This document shows, piece after piece, positions 17,766-20,000 of a DNA stretch of 20,000 nucleotides. The stretch is from Deltaproteobacteria bacterium. GTDB taxonomy: Bacteria > CG2-30-53-67. The notes under the pieces were generated by a model that saw only the letters and a program-made list of their open reading frames with translations, was not told where the DNA came from and searched no databases. Positions within the stretch are counted from its first letter, which is position 1. Every line of letters begins with the position of its first letter. Location: NCBI GenBank assembly GCA_013151235.1, contig JAADIO010000019.1, positions 51,926 through 71,925 on the forward strand, written 5' to 3'. The position numbers and the translations under genes were made by a program.

Positions 17766-18849
17766 ATGGGACGAAAAAAAGGGGCTTCAAAGATCGGCAA
17801 ACTCCGGATCGGCGACAGTTGGAATGCCATTACGATCATCGCCCTGTCCCAGAGCAATCCCTTAAAGGCGATTGCCGAGTTTGTGGAGAACAGTATTGAT
17901 GCGCATGCCCGGCATGTGACGATTACCCGGGGCCGCGAAAAGGGGGTTGCCTACCTCCGGATTGTTGATGACGGCGACGGCATTCCCAGGGACGCCGAGG
18001 GGGTGCCCAACTTTAAAGATGTGGCTACTCACATCTGTGATTCAATTAAACGGCAGTTGAAGAAGGAGGGGGCATCGAACCTTCAGGGGGAGTTCGGGAT
18101 CGGTCTTCTCAGTTTCTGGACCGTCGGGGAGGAGCTGCGGTTGATCTCCGCTTCGGAGGAGGGGAAGTCCTATGAAATGGTGATGCGGAAGGGATCTCCC
18201 GGGTACAGGATCGGGCGGAGGTGTTTGCTGATTGCATCGGGCGGGACGGAACTGACGATTTCTCCCCTGCTGCCGGGGGGTCGCCATTTCAACGGGGAGA
18301 AAATTCAGCGTTATCTTGCCTCGGAACTGCGGGACCGGATTCGCCGCTCCGGCGTACGGGTCCGAGTGATCGACCGGACGGCCCGGAAGGAGATGATCGT
18401 GGAGCCCAGGGAGTTTTCCGGGCGGCTTCTTCATCAGCTTCCGGAGACCTTTTCTTCTTCCGGCGAGATCTACCACGAGATTTATATCAGTGAGTCGAGT
18501 AACGAAAATCGGGTGGGGCTCTACCGTGCCGGAACGCGGGTGTTTCCCTCGCTGACTGATCTGGAACCGTTCAACCGGGAGCCGTGGAACTCCGGCTGGC
18601 TGGAGGGGATGGTTGATGTTCCTTTTCTGAACCTGACGCCGGGTACGCGGAGCGGCATTATCCAGGATGAACGGTTCGCCGATTTCTGCGATGCGATGAA
18701 ACCGTTGGAGGAAAAAGTTTCGGAGATCGTGGCGGAACAGCGACGGGCTGAGGAGGAACGGGCAAGCCGAAAGATCCTGAAGACGGTGCAGAATGCCCTG
18801 CGGGAGGCGATCCTTTCTCTTCCCCGGGAGGAATATGAAGGATCTCGCG
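17766..18849 (+). pseudogene. GHKL (HATPase_c_3 / Hsp90-MutL-MORC-like) ATPase, apparently 3'-truncated at the transposase element
   Basis: Bergerat motifs AEFVENSIDA, IVDDGDGI, GEFGIG. After ...LPREEY the frame enters the element end at 18850, so the remainder to the stop at 19082 is antisense transposase sequence. Confidence 0.72.
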
Positions 18850-18854
18850 AGGGG

Positions 18855-19832
18855 TCAAGTCTGCTCTTGGCTCTCCTCTACCTTCTTTTCTATCCGTTTC
18901 ACCTGGTTACGCAGGGAAGGGGTCTGTCCCAGTCGTCTCTTGACTCTTTCGATGCTGCTACTGACGGAGCTGTAATTTTCAATATCAAAGATTCTGCCGA
19001 TTTCCACCAAAGTTGCCCGGCAATGACGGCGTACGAGGTAAATGGCAATATTCCTGGGCAGGTTTTCTCTCCCCCTCCGTGAATGGAGGAGCTGTTGCCG
19101 GTTGATCATGAAATGGCGGATCACCTCTTTGATGATTGCCTCGGGTGACGGCGCCAGAACACGTGATTCCGGAATCTCGTTTTGGAACCGGAGTTTTTGA
19201 AACTGTTCTTTGATCCGATTCTTAAAGGAGTCACTGCCCAATATGGATGGCAGATTTTTTAATGAATAGAAATGTTCGACCGTATCGGGGATTCTTCCGG
19301 TCACGAATTCAAGGTAAGCGGACCGGCTGTCCTTTTGTCCGGAAAACATGGAGATCAGCCCATCCTTATATAGCCACTTCCATTTTCCGGCGCTGGAAAG
19401 GTAGCCTTTGTGGCTGCTCCATGCAAAGTCTTCCATCTCCTTTGCCAGCCCGGCATCTATGGGATTCCTGTGGATATAACGCAGGACGTCGAGGAGGTAT
19501 GAGTCGGCATCAATCAGTACGGCTTTGTATCTCCCGCGGAAGAGAGAGCCGTCCGTTTCGTACGTCCGGTTGAATCTCTGTGTGTAGAGACCGTTGAGAT
19601 GCCGCATGCAACGGGCGAGGTTGCCGTCCGGTGTTTGCACCAGAAGATGGTAATGGTTGGGCATCAGACAATATGCGGATACTTTGAGGTTCCACATTTT
19701 GGATGTGTCCCGGAGGATTTCCAGAAATCCAAGATAGTCTGAATCGGACAGGAAGACCTTCTCCCTTCTTCTGCCCCGATTCATGACGTGATACCATGCT
19801 CCGGGATATTCTACGCGCAAAGGTCTGGACAT
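18855..19832 (-). CDS. Y1_Tnp (REP-associated tyrosine transposase-like) with C-terminal DnaA-like HTH, 325 aa
   Basis: RPLRVEYPGAWYHVMNRG; HUH motif YCLMPNHYHLL; catalytic YIHRNP; WSS; C-terminal PRNIAIYLVRRH...TLVEIGRIF...YSSV. The stop codon lies inside the inverted repeat. Confidence 0.93.
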   Translation of the reverse strand: MSRPLRVEYPGAWYHVMNRGRRREKVFLSDSDYLGFLEILRDTSKMWNLKVSAYCLMPNHYHLLVQTPDGNLARCMRHLNGLYTQRFNRTYETDGSLFRGRYKAVLIDADSYLLDVLRYIHRNPIDAGLAKEMEDFAWSSHKGYLSSAGKWKWLYKDGLISMFSGQKDSRSAYLEFVTGRIPDTVEHFYSLKNLPSILGSDSFKNRIKEQFQKLRFQNEIPESRVLAPSPEAIIKEVIRHFMINRQQLLHSRRGRENLPRNIAIYLVRRHCRATLVEIGRIFDIENYSSVSSSIERVKRRLGQTPSLRNQVKRIEKKVEESQEQT

Positions 19833-19838
19833 GATGAC

Positions 19839-19867
19839 AATGTAGCATATTCGACGAGAAAGGTCAA
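19839..19867 (-). promoter_or_regulatory. Sigma70 promoter candidate of the transposase, probably leaderless transcript
   Basis: Minus strand TTGACC (19867-19862), 17 bp, TACATT (19844-19839) with extended TG; the ATG at 19832 is only 6 nt downstream. Confidence 0.55.
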
Positions 19868-19902
19868 CGGCAGACTTGACCCCTTACCTTCGGATGGACG
19901 TC

Positions 19903-20000
19903 TCACCTCTTTGAGCGAACCCGGATCTTTCCCGAAGGATCGTCAATAATGGTTCCGATCCGGTGGGAGGCGAGGGCTCCCACCTTCTGTAATTCTTTGA
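19903..20000 (-). CDS. 3' end of a gene entering from the right; C-terminus resembles the PurM-like superfamily (SelD/HypE/ThiL)
   Basis: Minus-strand translation KELQKVGALASHRIGTIIDDPSGKIRVRSKR* fits the '..G....IG.(V/I)....G.I.V' tail. Only 31 codons are visible. Confidence 0.4.
   Translation of the reverse strand, partial: KELQKVGALASHRIGTIIDDPSGKIRVRSKR

Larger units (their letters stand above)
18850..19884 (-). mobile_element. Y1 HUH transposase element (IS200-like/RAYT superfamily) bounded by 15-bp perfect inverted repeats
   Basis: AGGGGTCAAGTCTGC (18850-18864) and GCAGACTTGACCCCT (19870-19884) enclose the transposase. No target-site duplication is visible. Confidence 0.8.

Noticed and set aside
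18850-19082. Hydrophobic C-terminal tail of the 476-aa GHKL ORF (LLLALLYLLF) as a TM anchor
   Set aside because: Read-through into the antisense strand of the transposase; not native sequence.

Overview
Bacterial DNA of roughly mid-50s %GC by eye, with a Deltaproteobacteria-like (Desulfobacterota-type) gene set; the taxonomy is an inference. The left 12 kb is one minus-strand chemosensory operon: DUF4388/GAF-like protein, cheY, cheA, REC-GGDEF diguanylate cyclase, cheW, an outer-membrane porin, a small exported PstS-like binding protein, and two long-signalling-domain (64H-type) MCPs. The last MCP is missing from the ORF track because it runs off the left edge, and it carries a C-terminal PhnD-like binding domain. 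On the plus strand are selB, a GxxExxY gene enclosed by a 30/32-bp inverted repeat, a TPR protein and a monocistronic Cyc2-like cytochrome c-porin fusion. Stacked purine-rich 8-10-bp periodic repeats sit on both sides of selB. The right end holds a truncated GHKL ATPase, a Y1 HUH (RAYT-like) transposase with 15-bp inverted ends plus a solo 24-bp end copy, and the 3' tail of a PurM/SelD-like gene. No rRNA, tRNA or CRISPR array was seen.
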